Of a stretch of 20,214 nucleotides of DNA, positions 7,327 through 16,708 are shown piece by piece. Every line of letters starts with the position of its first letter. Within the stretch, counting starts at the first letter, position 1. The notes under the pieces were generated by a model. It had not been told where the DNA came from and searched no databases. It saw only the letters and a program-made list of their open reading frames with translations. Both the position numbers and the translations under genes were made by a program. Origin of the DNA: Candidatus Thorarchaeota archaeon. Its GTDB lineage: Archaea; Asgardarchaeota; Thorarchaeia; Thorarchaeales; Thorarchaeaceae. Location of the stretch: positions 1-20,214 of the forward strand of contig JAWAQK010000045.1 in NCBI GenBank assembly GCA_038893995.1. Direction: 5' to 3'.

Positions 7327-7614
7327 ATGATCTTCAGATGTAGAAACTGCGGAGAAACGACTGCGGACATAGACACAATACTGGACGGTGCATGCAGGTG
7401 TGGCAGTACCAGCTTCCAGCTAGTGTCTGAGACAAGAACAGTCTACGATGACAACATCTCACTGAAGGAGGCAATCCGACGGGACCTTCATCTATGGCTG
7501 GACCTCAACATCGACGCCGTCAACCCAGAGGACCTGACATGCCTGAGGGTGAAGTTCGAGATGGAGAGACCAGCGGATAGACTCCAAAAGCCGCCTCAGC
7601 CGGGCACAGGCTGA
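7327..7614 (+). CDS. Zn-ribbon protein with OapC/DUF2072-like N-terminus
   Basis: FRCRNCG...ILDGACRCGSTSFQLV resembles the C-x2-CG...IL-x-GC-x-x-CG-x-x-x-F ribbon of the DUF2072 family. Confidence 0.65.
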   Translation: MIFRCRNCGETTADIDTILDGACRCGSTSFQLVSETRTVYDDNISLKEAIRRDLHLWLDLNIDAVNPEDLTCLRVKFEMERPADRLQKPPQPGTG

Positions 7615-10229
7615 TCTCCCTGCGCGCCTCTCAGCGGGGACTCTATCTGTGCAATCTGGCTCTCGATCTCCTCTCCGAGGTCCACCCTGCCTGCGACTGC
7701 GGCAATCCTCTTGACAGCTCTCAGATTATGTATCAGCGAGTCGAGCCATGAGTATATGTCACCCGAATAGGCCCACAACTCAAATTCTCTCTCGAGGAGC
7801 TGAGAGAGACCCGAAGGATTGAGACCCTTCTCACGCATCTCGACTAGCCAGCGGCCGAGACGTATCTTCGGATGCTCGCACTCGGGGTAGAACCTGCACC
7901 CGCAGTCAAGAAATGCAGTGGTCCACTTACCGAGCACCTGAAGGACCCAGGGAGACAGACGTGATGCTCCATCATCCCGCCGCGCCAGAGACCCAATGTC
8001 GTGGAAGACTCCTGAGAAGAACCTCGTGGGCATGTGGGTCTTGAACGCTGAGTCGATCTCACCCTGCATCCTAGAGCTGAGATAGACGTTCTCGAACGGC
8101 TCGAGGCCTATTGCAATGTCAAGGAGGTCACGGGTGCCAATCCTCTTTAGCACCCTCAGGGCCTCTGACGGGGTCAACATGGACTCACATGCAGCCTTGC
8201 CAAGCTCGGTGACGCTGACTCTTCCGTCTTGAACTCGGACCATTCGGGTCTTGACCAGGAGTTTCATGGCCTCGACAACGCTGACAGACGGTGATGAGAG
8301 TCTGCGGTAGAGTTCCGCCACTGACCTGAGGTCACTAACCCCGGTTGAAAGGACGAGCGCGAGGACCTGTTCGGCGCTCTGCTCCAAGTCTGCGACAGAC
8401 TCTACTGCCTCGACGACGCCGTTGAGAAGATCGATTGCAACCTGGTCCTCAGTCCGGTCCTGCCCCGCATGGTACTTACGGTCAGGCTGGACCACCAAGT
8501 AGACACGACCTATGTCGTGTTTTCCGAGTCGCCCTGCTCGCCCCAGCATCTGTTCAAACTCTGCAATCGAGAGCCATTCTGACCCCATGCTCAGGGACTC
8601 GAATATCACCTGTGAGGCGGGAAGGTCAACTCCTGCGCCCAATGCCGCAGTCGTGACCACTGCAGCGAACCGCTGACGTGCAAACGCATGCTCTATTGCC
8701 CTCCTCTTGTTGTATGACAATCCACCATGGTACACACTGCAGGAGACATTGTGTTCGTTGAGCCAGTCACTCAGTTCCTTGGCACGTCTCCTGGAATAGG
8801 TGAACACGATGGACTGACCCCTGTTGCCCGTACTACTGAACCGGCCATACTCACGTCTGACAAGTCCCTGGATTATCCTGCGCTTCTCCTCTTCATTTCT
8901 TGCCAGCACGAGATGACGTTCGAGTGCCACAGGACGACCGTGAAACTGTACGAGCCTCAGGCCGAGTCGTCTGGCAAGTTCGTCAGGAGAGCCCACCGTT
9001 GCAGAGAGGCCGATCAACTGGAGTCCTGGATAGTGATACCTCAACCTCAGGATCAGCCCATCCAAAAGGGGACCCCTCTCCGGGTCAGAGAGGTTCTGGA
9101 TCTCATCAACCACTACTGTGCCCACATCCCCAAGCTCAGACATGTTGCGCATTCGGAGCATCAGGTCGAGTGCCTCGTAGGTGGCACATATGATGTCCGC
9201 ATCCGAGATGTCTGTGTCGACGACTGGTCTCCCCTCATCTCCGACATCCAGTCTAGACATGCCGACCCTGATGCCAGTCCGTAGGCCCAGTCGTCTGTAT
9301 CTGCGTCGCCACAGGTCATACTTCTCATTCGTGAGGGCCACTAGCGGAGAGAGATAGACCATCTTCCTTCCGACCATTGCACGTGGGATTCCCGCCATCT
9401 CGCCGATCAGCGTCTTTCCTGACGAAGTGGACGACACGACCAAGAGGGACTCACCATCGAACAACCCGGCCTGAATCACGGCCTGCTGAATGGGCAGCAG
9501 GTCCTGGTAGCCCTCGGACCTCAGTATCTCCTTGAATGCGTCCGGTACCGGCAGCGTGCTGATTGACACGGTCTCCTCAGGCGGCACGGCCTCTATCCTG
9601 TCGAACAACGTGACGTGAGGACACTGACTCGGGGCGAAACCCGGACTCACCATCTCGAGGACGCGCGGCAGGGACTTCAACCTTGCAACTTGGGACTCGA
9701 GCTGTCTCAGCATCGCCGAGGAAACAGACAGTCCTAGTCCCTTGAGGTCACTCTTGAGTTCTGACTGGGCACAGCTGACACATGAAACGTCAACCTCCGA
9801 GAGGGAGACAGTGTTGCTAGAGGTCAAGATTGTCAGACGGTTGTCCCTCAGACAATGGACACAGACGGGTACTTGCTGGGGTCTAGGTGCTTCGTGGCTT
9901 CGAAGGAAGTCTTCCAGTCTGGCCATGATGGAGGGGGTCTCGCTCTGCGGTACCAGTATGCTCCGGGCGTTCTTCAGTATCGTATTGAACTCCTTGGGCT
10001 GAAAATAGACGGGTCTGTTGCCACGCAGAAACCATGCCCTCAGTATCTCGAGCGCGCCACTTGGACGCAGGCCGAATTCTATTGTGCCCGTTGACTCGAT
10101 ACGTTGACGGTCTAGTAACCTCTCACCCAGAAGATCCATCCGGATGACCATCTCTCTCTTTGTGCCGCGGAGCAAGAGGGCAAAAGGTCTAGAGAGACGT
10201 TCCGTCAATACGTTGTCCGTGGACTCCAC
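7596..10229 (-). CDS. Archaea-specific Ski2-like SF2 helicase (ASH-Ski2/COG1202, DUF5814 C-terminus)
   Basis: LLPIQ Q-motif, SSTSSGKTLIGEMAG, PLVALTNEKY, VVVDEIQ, LSAT, FTYSRRR, YHGGL, TTAALGAGVDLPASQVIFESL, QMLGRAGR; N-terminal CxxC...CxxC and C-terminal CGCRFYPECEH. Confidence 0.9.
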   Translation of the reverse strand: MESTDNVLTERLSRPFALLLRGTKREMVIRMDLLGERLLDRQRIESTGTIEFGLRPSGALEILRAWFLRGNRPVYFQPKEFNTILKNARSILVPQSETPSIMARLEDFLRSHEAPRPQQVPVCVHCLRDNRLTILTSSNTVSLSEVDVSCVSCAQSELKSDLKGLGLSVSSAMLRQLESQVARLKSLPRVLEMVSPGFAPSQCPHVTLFDRIEAVPPEETVSISTLPVPDAFKEILRSEGYQDLLPIQQAVIQAGLFDGESLLVVSSTSSGKTLIGEMAGIPRAMVGRKMVYLSPLVALTNEKYDLWRRRYRRLGLRTGIRVGMSRLDVGDEGRPVVDTDISDADIICATYEALDLMLRMRNMSELGDVGTVVVDEIQNLSDPERGPLLDGLILRLRYHYPGLQLIGLSATVGSPDELARRLGLRLVQFHGRPVALERHLVLARNEEEKRRIIQGLVRREYGRFSSTGNRGQSIVFTYSRRRAKELSDWLNEHNVSCSVYHGGLSYNKRRAIEHAFARQRFAAVVTTAALGAGVDLPASQVIFESLSMGSEWLSIAEFEQMLGRAGRLGKHDIGRVYLVVQPDRKYHAGQDRTEDQVAIDLLNGVVEAVESVADLEQSAEQVLALVLSTGVSDLRSVAELYRRLSSPSVSVVEAMKLLVKTRMVRVQDGRVSVTELGKAACESMLTPSEALRVLKRIGTRDLLDIAIGLEPFENVYLSSRMQGEIDSAFKTHMPTRFFSGVFHDIGSLARRDDGASRLSPWVLQVLGKWTTAFLDCGCRFYPECEHPKIRLGRWLVEMREKGLNPSGLSQLLEREFELWAYSGDIYSWLDSLIHNLRAVKRIAAVAGRVDLGEEIESQIAQIESPLRGAQGDQPVPG

Positions 10230-10283
10230 GAAGTCGACCCCTCTGTCGTCCCGTCAGGTTGTGCAAAAACTATATCGGTGCAG

Positions 10284-11054
10284 TCAAGCATCGTAGATGA
10301 ACTTGCTCTTGTTACGCATGACCTCTCCCAGGGTTGCCTCGTATTCTTGCATCAGTGCGTCAAGACCCACACTCGTGTCAAACCCTGCTTTCTCTACGAT
10401 CATCCAGCCATCGACGACGCCGGACTCATTTGTGAGAGCGAATCGGTTGAACGGGGTGGCCATGATCTTCATGCGCTCCATGGACCGGGCCCGCGTCTGA
10501 AACGTCTGGACAAAGGACTTGTACAGCGGACCATTCGTGCCAGCAAGAACGAACCGAGCCCGTTGCTCGCCGGACACATGACGTACGTTTATTCTACTTG
10601 CGAGATCTATGACGTGTGCCGTAGTTGGCACCGACGCCTCTGGATGATGCCTCAGTATCATACCGGCGCTCAACACGTTGCCCTTTTCTATCACGACCTT
10701 CCTGATGTACGTCACAATCTCCTGATATCGATCTGTCTCAAGCGGGTCTATGACCTCAGGATTGACTATGTCCACGAGGGGCAGAGGCTCGTCCGGCCTG
10801 AGACGAGTGGGATCGAACATCAGGATAGAGATCGGCTCAATGATATCTGAGCGCTTGTTTCCTGACACGGCAGTACCCCTGAACACGCCAGGGCCTATCA
10901 GAACTGAGTAGACTGTGTCCTCCCTGAGTAGAGACCAGAGTTGGCGGGACAGGATGAGCACTCGTCCGGTCACTTCAGCCTGCTTCAAGACGCCTGTATT
11001 GTAATCGTAGAGGTGAACATCGAGCAGCCAGAACATGGGACCAGGCTGAATCAT
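10284..11054 (-). CDS. Hypothetical protein
   Basis: 256-aa ORF; ATGA overlap with the upstream gene, GGGAG upstream, co-oriented with neighbours. Confidence 0.75.
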   Translation of the reverse strand: MIQPGPMFWLLDVHLYDYNTGVLKQAEVTGRVLILSRQLWSLLREDTVYSVLIGPGVFRGTAVSGNKRSDIIEPISILMFDPTRLRPDEPLPLVDIVNPEVIDPLETDRYQEIVTYIRKVVIEKGNVLSAGMILRHHPEASVPTTAHVIDLASRINVRHVSGEQRARFVLAGTNGPLYKSFVQTFQTRARSMERMKIMATPFNRFALTNESGVVDGWMIVEKAGFDTSVGLDALMQEYEATLGEVMRNKSKFIYDA

Positions 11055-12235
11055 GCAGTCTCTCTCCCGTACACATACTTCTCAAGAAAGTCTCCTATCA
11101 ACGACACTGCGACCACATCCCTCGCATCAGCGCCTGCCGACTCGATCTTCTCGGCAACCTCCTCTCGGATCTCATCCAAGGGCACATTGGGAATCTGCAG
11201 ACGCTTTGCGATCTCGCTCTCGCACTTCTCTACGCACTCAATGAGACCCATGCCCTGATGCCTCAACACTCTCACGATTCGCTCCAGCCGATCCCGGATG
11301 TACATGATGCGGTCCTCCCTCCTGCGACGGGCAGCAAGCCGAACATCCCTCTCCAGGAAGTCGAATGGAGAGTCCATGTCTGGCTCAGCCTTTGAGCCCC
11401 GTGTTGATGAACTCCCTATGCTCACGAGTGATGATTTGTCACCGCGTCCAGTGGGGCGGGGAGCTACGTGGATGACGAGCTGAGCCAATGAACTTGAGGA
11501 CATTGACGCGATGTCCATCTTCAGGTCGTCAAGGACCCTGTTTGCTCTCCGTATGGCAGACTCAGATGTTGCGGATCCGGGTATCTGTGTGATGATATCG
11601 CAAAGTCTCTTGAAGAAGGCGACACATCCGCTCCTAGCGTGAAGGACACGACCACATACCGCGACTGGCGACCAACCAGTGAGCGGAGGCAGGAATGACT
11701 GAAGCATGTCTATGCCATTGCTACCGGGATGTTCGGACAACCATGCATCAATGAGGGGAACAAGGAACGACTCTGCCAGCCTCATGCGTACTGCCAGGAG
11801 GGATAACGCCTGTTCAGTCGTCATATCGTCGTGGCTCACCGAGCTCTCCGCATTCTCGACATCTCTCATCTTCAGATACATCTCGCGAACGAAAGGACCG
11901 TGGAGGTACTCCAGCCAGCGACTCTCAGCGGCTGCAAACTCGAGGAAACTGCCGGGGATATTTGGTACCTCGTGGCCTGTTGCAGCTCGACGACTGAGCT
12001 CGTTCGAGAGTAAGTAGACCGCCTTCTTCAGGTCGAGGAGCCCGTCCATATTGATGAGATAGGCTGCCGACGCTATCTGAGAGGGACACGAGAACCTCTG
12101 TGAGACAGCCAGGACCTCGTCAGTTGGCAACCGCCTCAACCGCTCGCGGATGTCAGCGTGCTTCTGTGCGAACTCCTGGGTGAGACTCAGCCGACGTTCG
12201 TTTCCCAGCCGGGTCAGCTCAGGGTCCTGAGACAA
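11051..12235 (-). CDS. Hypothetical mostly alpha-helical protein
   Basis: 394-aa ORF; TTG start preceded by GGAGGAG (12250-12244). Confidence 0.8.
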   Translation of the reverse strand: MSQDPELTRLGNERRLSLTQEFAQKHADIRERLRRLPTDEVLAVSQRFSCPSQIASAAYLINMDGLLDLKKAVYLLSNELSRRAATGHEVPNIPGSFLEFAAAESRWLEYLHGPFVREMYLKMRDVENAESSVSHDDMTTEQALSLLAVRMRLAESFLVPLIDAWLSEHPGSNGIDMLQSFLPPLTGWSPVAVCGRVLHARSGCVAFFKRLCDIITQIPGSATSESAIRRANRVLDDLKMDIASMSSSSLAQLVIHVAPRPTGRGDKSSLVSIGSSSTRGSKAEPDMDSPFDFLERDVRLAARRRREDRIMYIRDRLERIVRVLRHQGMGLIECVEKCESEIAKRLQIPNVPLDEIREEVAEKIESAGADARDVVAVSLIGDFLEKYVYGRETA

Positions 12236-12335
12236 CTATAGGACTCCTCCAGAGCACTCACTCTGGCTCTACCTGGTAATCAGTACAGAATATGAATCCT
12301 ATGTGTATCTCGTCAGGCAGACGACCTGGAGAGAG

Positions 12336-12545
12336 CTAGGATCCCGTGTAGAGGAGAAGGAAATGGATACCCAGACCAATGAACAGAGATCCAAGGACCA
12401 GGGCGCCTATGATTCGGCCCCGGGAGGCATGACGAGCATACTCGACATGAATGACGAGCCACGAGAGCGCATACAGCCCGAAGACAATGAAGATGAGAGC
12501 GAACGGCAAGAACAGGGATTCAATGTAAATCTGAAGCATTGCCAC
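12336..12545 (-). CDS. ost5: Oligosaccharyltransferase accessory subunit Ost5/TMEM258 homologue
   Basis: 69 aa, two TM helices. GSLFIGLGIHFLLLYTG aligns by eye with the TMEM258 C-terminal ASLFMGFGVLFLLLWVG, and FGLYALSWLV with IGMFFTAWFF. TTTAAA box at 12597-12592. Confidence 0.75.
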   Translation of the reverse strand: MAMLQIYIESLFLPFALIFIVFGLYALSWLVIHVEYARHASRGRIIGALVLGSLFIGLGIHFLLLYTGS

Positions 12546-12623
12546 TCACATCGAGTTGCTGTTGGTCTGGTCGATCAGCCGGCGTGGCGGATTTAAACAT
12601 CTCGGTCCCATCGAAACGCGGGG

Positions 12624-13394
12624 TCATGCCTTGAACCTATGTTCACAGGTATATTCAGTACCGTCAATATTGGCCTTCCTTATCAGTCTCCCGGTCTTCT
12701 TTGCAAGACGACGACGTTCCTGGATCGACAGTGCCGGGTCATCCGGGGCCTCTATGCTCTCGACGACGATGTCGCTTCTGATGGTCACGTTCTTGGTCTT
12801 GGTCGAGATATGCTCCCTGAAGTCTGATAGGAGCTCGGTCATTATCATGTCGTCCACCTCTGGGGTGCGACCCAGCGAACCACGGGTAAACGACGGCACC
12901 TTATCCTCATCCTCGCCCTCGATATTGGCGCCCAGGCCCTTTGGAAACGAGCTCTTAGTGGTCACCTTCCATGGCTTCGTTCCATCAGCCGGCTCGAGTG
13001 TGAGCAGGAAGAAGGTCGTAGGCCCGTCGCACGCAATGAGCTGCTGCAGATGCGCAAACGGCATTGTCTCCCTGAGCTTGGTCTTGTACGTCGTGGCCCC
13101 CTGATCCTTGGACTTTGACCACTCCAGGGGAATGGGTAATCGAGCAAACTCAGCCGTACGGTCCGTGTAGGTGATGATTGTGCCTGATACCTTATGCAGA
13201 CCCCCGGCCACACCCCCGACGTATGCCCGGATGAAGAACTTCTCTGTGTCCAGATCGCCCTTGAAATCTACCTTCTTCTGGCTGAGCACCAGCCGTATGG
13301 TAGGACCTACATGTTCGCCGACTCCGTACTTCAGGAGTCTGGCGTGGACGAACTCATCAGGCCTACCATGAATGATCTTGGCCAACCAGTCCAA
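12624..13394 (-). CDS. Hypothetical protein, probably a conserved archaeal family
   Basis: 256-aa ORF; TTG start with GAGGTG RBS (13405-13400) and AT-rich TATA-like element at about 13436-13429; motif-like ends DEFVHARLLKYGVG and RLAKKTGRLIRK..IDG. Confidence 0.8.
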   Translation of the reverse strand: MDWLAKIIHGRPDEFVHARLLKYGVGEHVGPTIRLVLSQKKVDFKGDLDTEKFFIRAYVGGVAGGLHKVSGTIITYTDRTAEFARLPIPLEWSKSKDQGATTYKTKLRETMPFAHLQQLIACDGPTTFFLLTLEPADGTKPWKVTTKSSFPKGLGANIEGEDEDKVPSFTRGSLGRTPEVDDMIMTELLSDFREHISTKTKNVTIRSDIVVESIEAPDDPALSIQERRRLAKKTGRLIRKANIDGTEYTCEHRFKA

Positions 13395-13448
13395 CAGAAC
13401 ACCTCACAGACCCTGAGAATGTGTGGCCAATTTAATTCCTTCGCAGTT

Positions 13449-15215
13449 TCACATGTATCCGAGACTCACGAGGCCCAGAAGGCCCCAGAGCGTGACCCCA
13501 ATCACTGTCACCACAAGAATCGCAATGAGGTCGATAACGAGACCGGTCGATATCATCTCTCGGAGCTTGACATGGCCAGTGCTATACGCGATTGTGGATG
13601 GCGGGGTTCCTGTCGGAAGAGCAAAGTCCATGGACACACAGATTGCAATTGTCATGACCACGAGCAGCGGGTCAATGCCGAGACTCGTTGCAAGGGGTAT
13701 GGCAACCGGAATCAGGATGACTGCAGCTCCGGTGTTGGATGCGATCATGGTGACAAGGACTGCCACAGTCCCGATTATGATGACAACAAGGGGGGCGGGC
13801 AGAACACCAAGGCCCTGCATCTGTTCAGCAATCTGGGTCGAGAGACCTGTAGTGAACATGACTTCGCCCAGGGCGATGCCACTACCCAAGATGAGTAGAG
13901 AGGACCAGTTGATACCCGAACTCATGTCCTTCTCGTCTAGGTATCCTATCGAGAGGAGCACAAACCCTCCCATCAGGGCAACAATGGAGCTTGAGATACC
14001 GTGACCGCTCCAGCCCACGAGGGATACAAGAAAGTCAGGCAGTCTCTCAGTCAGCCACAGCAGCATGACGGCCGAGAAGACCAGAGTGACAACTCGCTCC
14101 TGGAGCGTCATTGGCCCGAGACGCCGATACTCCTCCTCTGAGGCCGTCTTGAGCTCGCGTATCTCAGCGATGTCAGTGGGCAATCTGAACCTGATGATGA
14201 GCCATCGCCAGGCGAACAGTATCATGATGATCATCACTGGGAGCCCAAAGGGTAACCAGGACACAAAGGAGATCTCGATACCAAGGAATGACTTTGCGTA
14301 TGCCGCCGCGAGTGGGTTGGGCGGTGAGCCGACGAGCGTGCCTATGCCTCCCAGTGTGGCTGAGTAGGCTGCACCCAGGATTATGGCCTTTCCGTATCTC
14401 TCGCGAACATCCTGAGTCTTGATCTTGCTGATGAGTGCCAGTGCAATGGGGATCATGATGGCCGCGGCCGCTGTATTGCTCATCCACATTGACAAGAATG
14501 CACCGACACACATCACGACAAGGACCAGCCGAGGACCTGAACTTGCGCCCTTTGCCAGTATCAAGAGGGCCAGTCGCCTGTCAAGTTCATACTTGTCGAT
14601 CGCGCGTGCAATCATGAATCCACCAAGGATGAGGACGACAGCTGGATCGAAGTACGATGCCAGGGTGGACGTCGGATTACCTATACCCAGCAGGACAACC
14701 AGGACTGGAATCAGAAGAGACGTTGCAACAAGGGGGACGCCCTCTGTGAACCAGAGGATGGCCACAAATACAAGGACGAACGAGGCAAACTGATTCCGCG
14801 CGGGCGGCTGATAGTCGATCCTGAATGTCTGCTGAGTCTGTCTGGTGGGCCTGAGGAACCTTACAAAGTCACCCTCGCCCCGGATTGTGGCCGTTATTTG
14901 GGATGAGATGAGCGGGTCTCCTGTGGCAATGACCGTGAGGGTCATCTGAGAGCCTGGAGCCAGGATGACCATGTCAGCGTAGCGCAGTGTGACGTTCGTA
15001 GCAGGACCAATGAACGAGACCTGCACCTGGTTGGCTGTGCCCGAAGTGACGAACTGAATCGTGAAATTGTGACTCACCTGAATGGTCGGGGAGTCTATGT
15101 TGAGAGTGATCTGATAGACTCCGGGCTGCATCTCCGCGGGGGCAGCATGATAGACAACTATGCCTGCCAGTGCAGCAACACAGATGATAACGAGGGAACG
15201 ATATCGCCTATCCAT
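13449..15215 (-). CDS. DASS/SLC13 family sodium:dicarboxylate or sulfate symporter with an extra extracellular domain
   Basis: LWFTEGVP, LSMWMSNTA, GGIGTLVGSPPN, INWSSLLILGSG, ASNTG, FALPTGTPPS: both SNT motifs present. Confidence 0.92.
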   Translation of the reverse strand: MDRRYRSLVIICVAALAGIVVYHAAPAEMQPGVYQITLNIDSPTIQVSHNFTIQFVTSGTANQVQVSFIGPATNVTLRYADMVILAPGSQMTLTVIATGDPLISSQITATIRGEGDFVRFLRPTRQTQQTFRIDYQPPARNQFASFVLVFVAILWFTEGVPLVATSLLIPVLVVLLGIGNPTSTLASYFDPAVVLILGGFMIARAIDKYELDRRLALLILAKGASSGPRLVLVVMCVGAFLSMWMSNTAAAAIMIPIALALISKIKTQDVRERYGKAIILGAAYSATLGGIGTLVGSPPNPLAAAYAKSFLGIEISFVSWLPFGLPVMIIMILFAWRWLIIRFRLPTDIAEIRELKTASEEEYRRLGPMTLQERVVTLVFSAVMLLWLTERLPDFLVSLVGWSGHGISSSIVALMGGFVLLSIGYLDEKDMSSGINWSSLLILGSGIALGEVMFTTGLSTQIAEQMQGLGVLPAPLVVIIIGTVAVLVTMIASNTGAAVILIPVAIPLATSLGIDPLLVVMTIAICVSMDFALPTGTPPSTIAYSTGHVKLREMISTGLVIDLIAILVVTVIGVTLWGLLGLVSLGYM

Positions 15216-15388
15216 CTTGGTCCCACCAGTATCTCTTCTACGACAGCCGAGAGGTCATGCTCCCGGGACACTCTAGCAGGGGAGACATCTAGAGACACAG
15301 CGACCCGTGTGAAGAAGGCGACGCATCCGCTCGACTTATAATGCTAGTGAAAACGGTTTCCCATCAGTTGGACCTGGAGCGTGTTGCG

Positions 15389-16600
15389 ATGGGACTGAGA
15401 GCATCTGGCCATGCCAAGACACTGATCATGTTGTATGTGGTCACACTAGTGATGAGGGCCGCCTTCTATGCCACAATCGCATCTGTGCAGAACAGCTCAT
15501 ACCTTGGTGGCGCCGTGAGTACATGGGATGTGGCAGTCATCATGATGATATATCCCCTCTCCGAGCTCGCCTCTGTATCGTTCTTCGGTTCCTATAGCGA
15601 CAAGATTGGCAGAAGGCCAGTACTCATCACCAGCCTGCTGCTGACCAGCTGTGCAACACTGCTGTTCGCCACTGCGACTAGTCCGGTCTTCACCTACGGG
15701 TATGCAGTCATATTCGGACTGGGAGCTGCGTCCCAGGTCGCCACCAGTCTCTCAATGATAGCAGACTGTTCGTCGCCATTCAACAGAGCGCGTCTGATGG
15801 GGTACTACGACCTGTCAACACTCGGAGGGCTCGGGGGAGGTTACGGACTGGCAATGATAATGCTGCGCTTCGGAGTACAGGCTTACAACGTACTGCAGTT
15901 GGCCACCATCGCATCCCTCATCAGTGTGGTCGTTGCCATCGGAATAAAGGAGACCAGACGTGTTCAGTCTAGAGATGTCAGTGTAATGAAACTGCTGCGC
16001 AAGGTAGCATCTGATAGACGTATCCAGCTCCTGATGCCGGTTTACATCCCGATCATATCGCTATACGGACTCGTGATTGCGAATGCGGAGAACATAGTCG
16101 AGGAGCACTTCTCACTCACTGCCTACGACTTCATGATCCTCTTTGGGATGCTCGCGGCGGCCCTGGTGGTGGGCATCATAACTATGGGTCATCTCTCCGA
16201 CTATCTGAGAAAGAGACGACCCTTCATTGTTGTGGGGCTCATCTCATTCGGAGTACTGGCATTCATCCTGGTCGCATACTCAGGGGACATTGATGCGCTT
16301 TGGAGTATCTGGCCAATCCTGCCACTGTTGGGATTTACCGCAGGAGCCTTTCCTCCTGCAGCCATGGCATATCTCACAGATGTATCGAATGAGGAGGCGA
16401 GGGGGAGCACAATGGGGGTCTATAGCATCTTCTTTGGGACGGGAATGATAATCGGGCCATCAGTCGGCGCCTTTGCCTACAGTACCTACGGCATAGAGGG
16501 TCTCGGCGTAGTCGTTGCGGTCCTCATAGCAATAGCCTCGATAGGAACGTACTTCATGCACGAGCTTGTGCTTGGAGAAGAAGAGAGAGAGCAGGACTGA
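15389..16600 (+). CDS. MFS transporter
   Basis: About 12 hydrophobic segments; motif A GSYSDKIGRRP and the repeat GHLSDYLRKRRP; RGSTMGVY. ATG 15389 preferred because CTTATAAT (15335-15342) looks like the TATA box and GGAG lies upstream; the ORF opens at 15341. Confidence 0.9.
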   Translation: MGLRASGHAKTLIMLYVVTLVMRAAFYATIASVQNSSYLGGAVSTWDVAVIMMIYPLSELASVSFFGSYSDKIGRRPVLITSLLLTSCATLLFATATSPVFTYGYAVIFGLGAASQVATSLSMIADCSSPFNRARLMGYYDLSTLGGLGGGYGLAMIMLRFGVQAYNVLQLATIASLISVVVAIGIKETRRVQSRDVSVMKLLRKVASDRRIQLLMPVYIPIISLYGLVIANAENIVEEHFSLTAYDFMILFGMLAAALVVGIITMGHLSDYLRKRRPFIVVGLISFGVLAFILVAYSGDIDALWSIWPILPLLGFTAGAFPPAAMAYLTDVSNEEARGSTMGVYSIFFGTGMIIGPSVGAFAYSTYGIEGLGVVVAVLIAIASIGTYFMHELVLGEEEREQD

Positions 16601-16708
16601 GAGATAGGGATTTCAGTCAACCAGACACGAAAAGGCTCCTGTTCCAGTACTACGCCCGGCGCCACCACAAGACCGCCGCAATGCCAGTCTAACTTCAAGC
16701 CGATAATC

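Noticed and set aside
12249-12266. CCAGAG/CTCTGG hairpin touching the RBS of the 394-aa gene
   Set aside because: A single 6-7 bp stem is within chance expectation.
12303-12596. 97-aa acidic plus-strand ORF
   Set aside because: Antisense shadow of the hydrophobic Ost5-like gene.
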